Source: Patescibacteria group bacterium (GTDB lineage: Bacteria; Patescibacteriota; Patescibacteriia; UBA2591; UBA4787). From it: a stretch of 64,000 bases of DNA. This document shows, piece after piece, positions 16,886-25,533 of this stretch. Each line of letters opens with the position of its first letter. Position 1 is the first letter of the stretch. A program made the position numbers and the translations under genes. The notes under the pieces are model-generated. The model searched no databases, had not been told where the DNA came from, and saw nothing but the letters and a program-made list of their open reading frames with translations. Location: contig JAQUSN010000002.1 in assembly GCA_028715115.1 (NCBI GenBank), forward strand, positions 4,944 to 68,943. Direction: 5' to 3'.

Positions 16886-17770
16886 ATGGTCATGGCACTG
16901 GTGTTTGCCATCTTGGCTCCTTGCATTTGGGCGTTCATGAATGTTTTAGATAAATACGTGATTGTCCACAAAGTACAGAAGCCCTTAAGCTTTGCTGCCG
17001 TAGCCGGACTTGCCAATTTAACCATTGGCGTAGTCTTGGCGATTTTTTTGAACTGGTCTGATATTCAACTAAAAGATACTGTTTTTTCCGTTATTTCTGG
17101 AATTTTGTTTGGCGCGCAATTCTTTTTTTATTATTTGATTTTACAAAAAGAAGACGTTTCGCATTTTGTTGGCTTGTTATACATTTATCCGATTATTATT
17201 GCGATTTTGTCTTTTTTGTTATTGCATGAGCGATTGTCGCTTTTTAGCTATTTAGGCATGATTATTACTTTGAGCGGCATCGTTATTTTGTCAGTTCGTG
17301 TTAGCCAACTTAAATGGCAAACCGGCATCTGGATGCTTATTTCGATGATTGTAGTTGTGTCACTTTATGAATTCAATATAAAAGTATCTACGGAAAAATT
17401 ACCCGAATTAAATGGCGTATCTATTACCGGCATTTTTGCCGGGCTAACTGCTTTAACTATTTTATTCAAAAATGAAAATCGTCGTTGGTTTTGGTCAGAA
17501 TTAAAAAATATAAAATGGGCATATTTAATAGAGACCTTCACTTTTTTGGGAATTTTAACTACTTATTTAGCCATGTCCGGCCTTTCAGCGACAATCGTTT
17601 CTTCAATGGCTTCAATTCAGCCATTAGCAGTTTTGTTATTTGAAAGTGCAATGGAGAGAAAATTTGGTAAAATGACGCGCGATAAATCTTTTAGACATAA
17701 ATTATTGCCACTTAGTCTGGTCGTGGTTGGCATTTTCCTGTTATATTTGCCCGAAGCGCTTAAACGATAG
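16886..17770 (+). CDS. EamA/DMT family transporter
   Basis: About 10 TM segments, LLLHERLS motif. Confidence 0.8.
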   Translation: MVMALVFAILAPCIWAFMNVLDKYVIVHKVQKPLSFAAVAGLANLTIGVVLAIFLNWSDIQLKDTVFSVISGILFGAQFFFYYLILQKEDVSHFVGLLYIYPIIIAILSFLLLHERLSLFSYLGMIITLSGIVILSVRVSQLKWQTGIWMLISMIVVVSLYEFNIKVSTEKLPELNGVSITGIFAGLTALTILFKNENRRWFWSELKNIKWAYLIETFTFLGILTTYLAMSGLSATIVSSMASIQPLAVLLFESAMERKFGKMTRDKSFRHKLLPLSLVVVGIFLLYLPEALKR

Positions 17771-17819
17771 ATCTGGACTTTTCGTTTATTTTTGCTCTAG
17801 ATATCTCGGTTTTCAGTGT

Positions 17820-18073
17820 GGTGGGGTGGCAGAGTGCCTGCCTGTCCTGACTGCCGTCAGGTAGGCGGTAGGCAGGGACTATTACACTGGCTTGTCCCGC
17901 AATAGAGCGGAAGGGTGGCAGAGTGGACTATTGCACCGGTCTTGAAAACCGGAGTACCGCAAGGTACCGCGAGTTCGAATCTCGCCCCTTCCGCTCTGAT
18001 GCGGGGTCTTGAAAACCATCCGCTTACTGGCGGAAATCCCTGCCTGCCGGTAGGCAGGTCGCCCCCACCGCCA
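17820..18073 (+). pseudogene. Fragmented outer tRNA-Ser(TGA) interrupted by palindromes and by an intact tRNA
   Basis: Pieces 17820-17836, 17877-17890, 18007-18018, 18035-18038 and 18059-18073 are colinear with tRNA-Ser and end in CCA. Confidence 0.8.
17909..17993 (+). tRNA. tRNA-Ser(TGA), no encoded CCA
   Basis: Full cloverleaf, anticodon arm CCGGT-CTTGAAA-ACCGG, long variable arm, G discriminator. Confidence 0.95.
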
Positions 18074-18192
18074 AGATATTTTTCGGTATTTAGATTTATT
18101 AGAAGTCGGCTCATTGTGAGTCGACTTCTGATGTTTTCTGGCAAATTAATCGGGGATTGACAAAAGAATATTTTTTTGCTTTAATGATATAT

Positions 18193-19671
18193 ATGAAGAA
18201 ATTAGTAGTGATTATTGCTTTATTAATTTTATCTCTCTCGAGCGCGAGGGATGTTTTTGCAGTAGCTACGCCGATTACCCAAACTATTTGGACGGCCAAT
18301 TTTACTTCAAAAAATTACGTTAATACCAGCAAAACCACCACTTATTGGCAATCTGGTTTTTATTCTTTACCGACTTCAAATGGGCAATATATTAATTCGG
18401 CTATTTTACAGACAAATGACATTTCTTTTAATCAGGACATTCTTCGTCTAACCATTTCTAATATTTCTAGCTTACCGGCCGGAACATCTATTATACCATA
18501 CGTTAGTTTTGACCAAAATGTAGTTCAGCATACATTAAGTTGGGGCCAAGCCTTTGCGCCGACAAATAGGACTCGAAAGCTGCATTTAACTTTATATTTT
18601 GCCACTAACGACGTTTTGGTTACGCCAAAATTATATACCATTTATTTGCAGGTCGAAATGCAAGATCGTTCGCCAAGCGGCGCGGCTTCAAGGGACAGTA
18701 AGAGAATTTCAAATTTAAAATCAATGGTTAACATAGTTGAACGTTATCATAAAGACTTTCAAGTCTATCCGATAGTTAACGTGGACAAGGACGAAAAAAC
18801 CGTTCAATGGGCTAGTTTAAGAAGCATTTTGGATTCGGCTACCAGTAATGGCTATAAGAAATATAATTCAGGTTTTATCGCCGAACCACAAGGCGTTGAT
18901 TCCGAATATCAATATGGCTATTTAACAGATAGTGGGGGATATAATTATCTTTTCTGGACACAATTAGAAGACAGCGCCAATTCAAAAAATGCTTGGCTGG
19001 GAACCGCTTTTGATGTGGTTTGTTCGCCGCCAATCTTTTGTTTATCCTCAACGAAGGTTACTTCAATATCCGAGGGTGGTAATAGCAGTAATAATTCTTT
19101 TCCTTCGCCTTATGTTCCAATAGTTCCGCTTCCAGAAGAAAATAATCAAAACCAAAACACAACTAATATGCCATCAGAATCAGAGAATAATCAAAACATT
19201 TTTCTCAGACAAGTGGGCGACTCAAGAGTTTGGTTATTTATTAACGACAGAGTTGTTTGGTTAAGAACGCCGCAGGTTTTTCAACGATTGGGCGGTGATT
19301 GGAACGATATTTTGCCGATTAAAAATCTAAATTCAAGGAAACTTTTAAAATTTGTTAAAAGTCAAAGTTCGCCGATGGTTTATTTGATCAATTCTGGCTT
19401 TAAGCGACCGATGCTGAATTTACAAATGCTTGGTTTTTATGGTAAGACAAATGAAATAGTTACGATTAGCGACGACCTAATTAATGCGTTGCCTGATGAT
19501 ACGTTAATTAGAGCAGTTGGCGATGATAAGGTTTATTTGTTTGATCAGGGAATTAAAAGGTGGATAACCACACCCGAAGCCATGGTTAATAATAATTTTA
19601 ATTTTAACGACATTATCCAGGTAAACCCGGCAGAGTTAAATTATTATCCAGACGGCAATCCGATTTTTTAA
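18193..19671 (+). CDS. Secreted/surface protein with pilin/GspG-like helix and C-terminal repeats
   Basis: Signal peptide; SRDSKRISNLKSM...YP; repeated D/S-x-VY/WL...KR units. Confidence 0.6.
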   Translation: MKKLVVIIALLILSLSSARDVFAVATPITQTIWTANFTSKNYVNTSKTTTYWQSGFYSLPTSNGQYINSAILQTNDISFNQDILRLTISNISSLPAGTSIIPYVSFDQNVVQHTLSWGQAFAPTNRTRKLHLTLYFATNDVLVTPKLYTIYLQVEMQDRSPSGAASRDSKRISNLKSMVNIVERYHKDFQVYPIVNVDKDEKTVQWASLRSILDSATSNGYKKYNSGFIAEPQGVDSEYQYGYLTDSGGYNYLFWTQLEDSANSKNAWLGTAFDVVCSPPIFCLSSTKVTSISEGGNSSNNSFPSPYVPIVPLPEENNQNQNTTNMPSESENNQNIFLRQVGDSRVWLFINDRVVWLRTPQVFQRLGGDWNDILPIKNLNSRKLLKFVKSQSSPMVYLINSGFKRPMLNLQMLGFYGKTNEIVTISDDLINALPDDTLIRAVGDDKVYLFDQGIKRWITTPEAMVNNNFNFNDIIQVNPAELNYYPDGNPIF

Positions 19672-19835
19672 GTATTTTATCTATAAAAATAAGATGACGC
19701 CCAAAAGAGCGTCTTTTATTCTAGCCTCAATATCCTTCGGCCTACTTGCCGTTAGGCGGGTCTGTTGCGAGGTAATCGATTAATCTAGACAAAGAAGCAA
19801 GAATAGTTTATAATGGTTATGCAAAATAACAATTT

Positions 19836-20063
19836 ATGAACGAAATTAAAATAGGCAAATATCAACATTATAAAGGTAAGTGTTACGAAGTTATTGGCTT
19901 AGCTTGCCACAGCGAAACATTTAAAGAATTAGTTGTTTATCGGGCGCTTTTCGATTCTCCGGAATTTGGCCATAATGCTTTGTGGGTCAGGCCAGCGAAA
20001 ATGTTTTGCGAAGAGGTTGAGGTTAATGGTCAGAAAGTTCCTAGATTTAAACATCTTGGTTAA
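19836..20063 (+). CDS. DUF1653 protein
   Basis: GKYQHYKG...HSET...VVYRAL...LWVRP. Confidence 0.9.
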   Translation: MNEIKIGKYQHYKGKCYEVIGLACHSETFKELVVYRALFDSPEFGHNALWVRPAKMFCEEVEVNGQKVPRFKHLG

Positions 20064-20089
20064 AATTATAAATAGTGTAAAATAATTTT

Positions 20090-20536
20090 ATGACCGAAAA
20101 TAGAAAAATTGGCGCTGGGATCGGTATTATGATTTTAAAAGATGGCAAAGTTTTACTTGGTCATCGCCACGAAGACGCGGAAAAAGCTTCAAGCGCTTTA
20201 CATGGTGAAGGCACCTGGACTATGCCTGGTGGAAAACTAGATTTCGGTGAGAGCTTTGAAGATGGTTGCCGGCGCGAGGTAAAAGAAGAAATTGGAGTTA
20301 AAATAAACTCTTTTAATTTAATCAGTGTCACCAACGACGTTCGACCTGATGCGCATTTTGTGACTATGGGCTTTTTGTGTGATGATTTTACCGGTGAGCC
20401 TAAAATTATGGAGCCCGACGAAATCACAGAGTGGCGTTGGTTTGAGCTGGATAAATTGCCTTCGCCGATTTTTCCGCCCAGCATGGCGATTATTAAAAAC
20501 TATTTAGCTAAAAAAGTTTATCAACCCTATTTATAA
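20090..20536 (+). CDS. NUDIX hydrolase
   Basis: GGKLDFGESFEDGCRREVKEEIG Nudix box. Confidence 0.92.
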   Translation: MTENRKIGAGIGIMILKDGKVLLGHRHEDAEKASSALHGEGTWTMPGGKLDFGESFEDGCRREVKEEIGVKINSFNLISVTNDVRPDAHFVTMGFLCDDFTGEPKIMEPDEITEWRWFELDKLPSPIFPPSMAIIKNYLAKKVYQPYL

Positions 20537-20559
20537 ATAACCATTAAATTTTTAATTTT

Positions 20560-21075
20560 ATGGCCGAAGAAAAACAAACACAAAACGATGCTGAGATGGT
20601 CGATCGCGGTGAAAAATTAGTGGAATGGAACTTTACCGAATATGTTCATTATCAGCGCACTAGAGCTTGGTATGTCTTAATTAGTTTAATCGGCTTGGCT
20701 TTAATCATTTATTCGGTTTTAAGTAATAATTTCTTGTTTGCCTTAATCACGGTTTTAGTTATTATTATTTTGGTTTTACATTCGCGCCGCCAGCCTATGG
20801 ATTTAAGTTGCGCAATATTCGAAGATGGAATTCAGGTCGGCGGGAAATTTTATGAATGGGACAATATCAGAAGTTTTCGCATTGTTTATCGCCCGCCGCA
20901 GGCAAAATTATTATATATTGATTTAAAAAACTTTATGTTGTCGGATTTTTCTATTCCACTTAATGATCAAAATCCCCTTGAACTTCGCGATGCCTTAAAA
21001 CAATATTTAACCGAAGAATTAGATCGCCCGTATGAAAATATTACTGACAGAATTAATCGCTGGCTGAAAATTTAA
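20560..21075 (+). CDS. Hypothetical membrane protein
   Basis: Two TM segments plus soluble C-terminal domain. Confidence 0.7.
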   Translation: MAEEKQTQNDAEMVDRGEKLVEWNFTEYVHYQRTRAWYVLISLIGLALIIYSVLSNNFLFALITVLVIIILVLHSRRQPMDLSCAIFEDGIQVGGKFYEWDNIRSFRIVYRPPQAKLLYIDLKNFMLSDFSIPLNDQNPLELRDALKQYLTEELDRPYENITDRINRWLKI

Positions 21076-21082
21076 AGATTAG

Positions 21083-21154
21083 GCTCCCATAGCTCAACGG
21101 ATAGAGTACAGGTTTGCGGAACCTGTGATAGAGGTTCGATTCCTCTTGGGAGCA
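21083..21154 (+). tRNA. tRNA-Arg(GCG)
   Basis: Cloverleaf; CAGGT-TTGCGGA-ACCTG. Confidence 0.92.
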
Positions 21155-21160
21155 TATAAT

Positions 21161-21186
21161 CAAAAAGAGCCTTTTGGCTCTTTTTG
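21161..21186. terminator. Bidirectional terminator between convergent tRNAs
   Basis: CAAAAAGAGCC-TTTT-GGCTCTTTTTG. Confidence 0.8.
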
Positions 21187-21207
21187 TATTTTAATTTTAT
21201 TTTTATC

Positions 21208-21286
21208 TGGCGGTCCGTACGGGATTTGAACCCGTGATCTTCGCCGTGACAGGGCGACGTGTTAAACCGGGCTACACCAACGGACC
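21208..21286 (-). tRNA. tRNA-Asp(GTC)
   Basis: Cloverleaf with CCA. Confidence 0.95.
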
Positions 21287-21314
21287 ATCGTAATCAATTC
21301 GTAATTCGTAGTAG

Positions 21315-21659
21315 TTATTTTACTGATTCAACTAGTTTTTGGAAAACAGCAGGGCAGTTCATTGCTAGTTCGGCCAAAACCTTGCGGTCAAGTTCAATAT
21401 TATTTTTCTTTAAAGCGTTAATAAGGCTAGAATATTTAGTGCCATTTTCTCGGCAAGCGGCGTTTATTTTAATTTGCCAAAGAGCGCGAGCCGCTCTTTT
21501 TTTGTTACGGCGATCGCGATAGGCATAGCTGCCGGCTTTATAAACGGCGACTTTGGCCAATTTAATTTTGCTTTTTCTGCCCCACCTATAGCCCTTAGTT
21601 TTTTTAAGTAGGTTTTTTCGACGTTTTAAGTGTAGCTTTCCTCTTTTAATTCTAGACAT
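21315..21659 (-). CDS. rplT: 50S ribosomal protein L20
   Basis: MSRIKRG...AYRDRRNKKR...LWQIKINAA. Confidence 0.97.
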   Translation of the reverse strand: MSRIKRGKLHLKRRKNLLKKTKGYRWGRKSKIKLAKVAVYKAGSYAYRDRRNKKRAARALWQIKINAACRENGTKYSSLINALKKNNIELDRKVLAELAMNCPAVFQKLVESVK

Positions 21660-21685
21660 AAAATATTCTGAAATTTTTAAATTAA

Positions 21686-21871
21686 TTAAACAGAACGAAG
21701 AATAGTTTTTTTGAAAGATTTTGACATTTCCAGATTACGGCGTTTGTTTTTAGTAACTCTTGAAGATTCTTTGGCGTTAAAATGATTTTGTCCGCAAGCT
21801 TTGTGAAAAATTTTAGACTTTTTTGTCAGTTTTACTCTTTTACTGATAATGTTTTTTGTTTTCATGGCCAT
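21686..21871 (-). CDS. rpmI: 50S ribosomal protein L35
   Basis: Basic 61 aa; position between infC and rplT. Confidence 0.9.
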   Translation of the reverse strand: MAMKTKNIISKRVKLTKKSKIFHKACGQNHFNAKESSRVTKNKRRNLEMSKSFKKTILRSV

Positions 21872-21883
21872 AATATTTTTAGA

Positions 21884-22384
21884 TTACTTACGGGCAATGA
21901 TAATATTTAATTTGTTGCCCAGACGAGCAATGGGTTGCTCTATTATAATATCTTCACCCAATAAGGCAATTAATTCGTTAATATTTTTTTCTCCTATATT
22001 TTGATGCATTCTTTCCCGACCTCGCAAGAACATTTCAATGCGGATTTTATCTCCTTCTTCGAAGAATTTTTTTGCTTGTTTGGCCTTAACTTCAAGATCA
22101 TGCTTGCCGGTGCGCGGCGAAAGGCGAATACACTTTATCTCAGCTTTTTTGGTTTTTTTGACTTTATCTTTTTTGGTTTCTTCGTAACGGAATTGTCCGA
22201 AGTCCATAATTTTAGCAATAGGTGGATTTTGTGTGGGGTTGATTTCCACTAGGTCTAATCCTTTTTCTTTGGCTTTTTCTAGCGCTTCTTCGATGCTGAC
22301 CACGTTCAAAAAATTGCCCTCTTCGTCAATAAGTCGGACTTGTGGAGCCCTGATTCGATTGTTGATGCGATAATACTTCAAAAT
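21884..22384 (-). CDS. infC: Translation initiation factor IF-3
   Basis: RINNRIRAPQVRLID...DLVEI; in-frame ATT at 22384 matches the canonical infC start. Confidence 0.95.
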   Translation of the reverse strand: MLKYYRINNRIRAPQVRLIDEEGNFLNVVSIEEALEKAKEKGLDLVEINPTQNPPIAKIMDFGQFRYEETKKDKVKKTKKAEIKCIRLSPRTGKHDLEVKAKQAKKFFEEGDKIRIEMFLRGRERMHQNIGEKNINELIALLGEDIIIEQPIARLGNKLNIIIARK

Positions 22385-22445
22385 TAATAGATTACAACTT
22401 AGTAGGAGATTCTATTTTAATAGACAGTTAAATTTTAGTCAATAG

Positions 22446-22694
22446 TTAAGACGCGATAAATGCCTCTTTTCTTTTGCGTCGCCATGATTTGATAAGAATT
22501 TCTTTTTTCAAGGCAGACGATCGATTCGGGTGTTTTTCGTTATAAACCAATTTAACCGGCCCTCTGGTTTTAGTGTAATGAGCGCCAAGTCCTTGGTTAT
22601 GATCTTTAATCCTTTTATCAATATCTATTGTTATCCCGGTATATAGAGAATTGTCGCGGCAACGAACAATATATATAAACCAGGGTTTAGACAT
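22446..22694 (-). CDS. GIY-YIG nuclease (YazA/YhbQ-like)
   Basis: FIYIVRC...LYTGIT...RIKDHN. Confidence 0.9.
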   Translation of the reverse strand: MSKPWFIYIVRCRDNSLYTGITIDIDKRIKDHNQGLGAHYTKTRGPVKLVYNEKHPNRSSALKKEILIKSWRRKRKEAFIAS

Positions 22695-22783
22695 ATTAAA
22701 AGCATTAATGCTGCCCTTCTTCGCCTATCGGCGAATCCGGGCACTCAGTTTTCCTAAAAATTTTATGAAAATTTTTGGAAAAC

Positions 22784-23133
22784 TGGTGGAGATGGCGGGT
22801 ATTGCACCCGCGTCCGTAGGTTAAGAAATAAAAACACTTACTTTCATATTCTGGTTTGTTTCTCGATCAGAGCGTAAGAACCAGACAAAAACGCTCCAAC
22901 CAGAGCCCAGATTTTCTAAACTACCTGACCGAGGGCGCAATCAAATAGTCGATCCTGCTGAATAAAGCCGAGAGTACTAGCAGGAGTCACGCTCTCGACT
23001 CACTACCTAACAAAAATTAGGCAGTGGCAAATGCAAAGTTATTGGCATTTGTAATTGCGAGAGAATAACGGTAACTCTCAAACGGAAAGCCGTTTTTATT
23101 TCTTGTGAGCCTCGTCAATTTTTAAACATCCCC
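22784..23133 (-). ncRNA. ssrA: tmRNA, tag ANNFAFATA
   Basis: 5' GGGGATG, 3' T-arm plus CATCTCCACCA; tag ORF; adjacent smpB. Confidence 0.93.
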
Positions 23134-23277
23134 ATATATAAAGAGGGCATTAAGCCCTGTGTTGTCAGCTCCGCTATTCGCCCTTGCCTTCGCTGGTTAG
23201 TGAATGGCGGATCAGAAAAGAAAAAATATTTTTCTTTTCTTCGTTTGCTTGACTATTTAAAGAACTTTTGAGCTGAT

Positions 23278-23727
23278 TTAATAATTTTTTAAGGCTTGCT
23301 GGATTTTGCGGTCAGTATCTCTTTTTTTAAGGTCTTCGCGTTTATCATGTTTTTTCTTGCCCTTGGCTAGACCGATTTCTATCTTTACCAGGCCACCTTT
23401 AGTATACACCTTAATAGGGATGATTGTCAAGCCCTGGGTTTTAGCCTTAGTGCTTAATTTAATTAATTCATGTTTTTTAAGCAATAATTTACGAGACCTA
23501 GTCGGATCATAATTTTGTTGGACTTGTTTGGCCGGCGCATAAGCAGAAATATTAGCGTTAATCAGCCAGGGGGTTAAGGTTTTATCAATGGCAATATAGC
23601 TGCCGCCCAAGTCGAGAGAGCCACGTTTGGCAGATTTAACCTCTGGGCCGGTAAGCAAAAGACCGGCTTCATAAGCCTCTAGAATTTCGTAATCAAAATT
23701 AGCTTTTTTATTATAAACTGGATTCAT
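23278..23727 (-). CDS. smpB: SsrA-binding protein
   Basis: NKKANFDY...EAGLLLTGPEVKS...RKLLL...GKKKHDKR. Confidence 0.97.
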   Translation of the reverse strand: MNPVYNKKANFDYEILEAYEAGLLLTGPEVKSAKRGSLDLGGSYIAIDKTLTPWLINANISAYAPAKQVQQNYDPTRSRKLLLKKHELIKLSTKAKTQGLTIIPIKVYTKGGLVKIEIGLAKGKKKHDKREDLKKRDTDRKIQQALKNY

Positions 23728-23868
23728 ATGATGATTTTAGCGCATTTGACAGATTTTATCAAGACAATTACTATAATTATAGTATAGGGCATTTTTGGCT
23801 TTACTTGTTTCGCCGATTTTATTATAATATTACTTGGCCTTATAATATTATTAAAACATTACTCATTT

Positions 23869-25011
23869 ATGCGTATTGGTATAGATTGTCGGACAATTTT
23901 AAATCCTGATCACGGCGAGGGCGCGGGTATTGGTCATTATACTTATCAGTTAGTGCGGCATTTATTAATGATTGATAAAAAAAATGACTATTTTTTGTTT
24001 TTTGATCGTAGTATTGAGAAGCGTCGGTTGGATAAATTTAAAAAAGAAAACGTTTTCATAAAATTTTTCCCATTCAGTCAGTATAAAAGATTTTTACCGA
24101 GCAGTTATAGTAATTTTTTAACCAGCGCAAATTTGATGAAATTTAAGCTAGATGTTTTTCATTCTCCTGCGTTAAATTTGCCCCTAGCTTATCCCGGCAA
24201 CACCATAGTGACTGCTCATGATTTAGCGATTTATAAATTCCCCGAGCTTTATACCAATCGTCAAGCAAGTTCCCTTAAGAATGTTATTCCGCAAATTGTT
24301 CAAAAAGCAAAAAAAATTATTGCTGTTTCTCAAACCACCAAAAAAGATTTAATAGATCTTTTACAGGTAGACAAAGACAAGATAAAAGTCATTTATCACG
24401 GCCTTGATAAAAGATTTTTAAGAAATACTTCACGTCAAGACATTGATCGGGTAAAAAATAAATTAAATATAAAAGGAGAATATTTATTATTTTTGGGCAC
24501 TTTAGAAAAAAGGAAAAATATTATTCGCATTATCGAAGCCTATGAAAGATTAAGAGAAAAAATTAATAATGGTTATAAATTAGTTTTAGCCGGTTCGCCG
24601 GGCTTCGGATTCAAAGAGATTAAGAAAAAGACAAGTCAATCAAAATATAAAAACGACATTATTGTCACGGGTTACATTATGCCAGATGACGTCGATCCTT
24701 TATTTGAAGGAGCCAAAATTTTTATTTTTCCAACTCTTTATGAGGGCTTTGGTTTGCCAGTTATCGAGGCCATGGCTGATCGCGTACCCGTTATCACTAG
24801 TAATATTTCTTCTTTACCAGAGACCAGTGGTGGCAATGCGCTATTAGTTGATCCATACAATGTTTCGGAAATTTATCGGGCAATTTTAGAAATTTTGACT
24901 AAACCAGGGTTGACTCAAGAGTTGCGGCGCGAAGGCATAAAATGGGTTGCGCAATTTGATTGGGAGGCTACGGCCAGAGAAACATTAGATGCCTATCAAC
25001 AAGCAGTTTAA
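23869..25011 (+). CDS. Glycosyltransferase family 4
   Basis: YEGFGLPVIEAMA. Confidence 0.92.
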   Translation: MRIGIDCRTILNPDHGEGAGIGHYTYQLVRHLLMIDKKNDYFLFFDRSIEKRRLDKFKKENVFIKFFPFSQYKRFLPSSYSNFLTSANLMKFKLDVFHSPALNLPLAYPGNTIVTAHDLAIYKFPELYTNRQASSLKNVIPQIVQKAKKIIAVSQTTKKDLIDLLQVDKDKIKVIYHGLDKRFLRNTSRQDIDRVKNKLNIKGEYLLFLGTLEKRKNIIRIIEAYERLREKINNGYKLVLAGSPGFGFKEIKKKTSQSKYKNDIIVTGYIMPDDVDPLFEGAKIFIFPTLYEGFGLPVIEAMADRVPVITSNISSLPETSGGNALLVDPYNVSEIYRAILEILTKPGLTQELRREGIKWVAQFDWEATARETLDAYQQAV

Positions 25012-25037
25012 TTTATTAATTTTTTAATTTAAAATTT

Positions 25038-25466
25038 ATGGAAAATACAAATCCAATGTTAAATCCAGAAACCGGGAAGACCGCTTCTTGTTGCCGAAAG
25101 CGATTTTGGCCGTGTTTCATCTTTTTGCTGGTCATTATTATTGTAATTTTAATCGGTATTTCCATTTACTTAACCAGTCAAGCTTCTTCTTTGGTTGGCA
25201 ATACCAGATCTTACAAGGCAGTATTTTTAACTAGTGGCCAGGCCTATTTTGGCAAGGTGGTGAGTGAAACCAAAAAGACCATTGTTTTACGCGAAGCACA
25301 TTATCTACAGGCCGCTAATGAGAATGAGGGATATAATTTAATGGCCGTAGGATCGGAAATTTATGGGCCAACCAATGAAGTGAGAATAAATAAAGATCAG
25401 GTGGCTTTTATTGAAACCCTAAGCTCAACTTCTGAGGTGGCGAAGAAAATTCAAGGCGGTAAGTAA
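25038..25466 (+). CDS. Hypothetical single-TM protein
   Basis: AVFLTSGQAYFGK motif. Confidence 0.7.
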   Translation: MENTNPMLNPETGKTASCCRKRFWPCFIFLLVIIIVILIGISIYLTSQASSLVGNTRSYKAVFLTSGQAYFGKVVSETKKTIVLREAHYLQAANENEGYNLMAVGSEIYGPTNEVRINKDQVAFIETLSSTSEVAKKIQGGK

Positions 25467-25533
25467 AGGACCGTCGCCCTTATTGCCAGCGCTCGCTCGC
25501 TTGGTAAAAAATTTATTTTTTTAAATATTGCAT

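Noticed and set aside
17857-18160. ORFs over the tRNA-Ser locus (also 21259-21522, 43900-44112, 48374-48643)
   Set aside because: Spurious frames overlapping tRNA genes.
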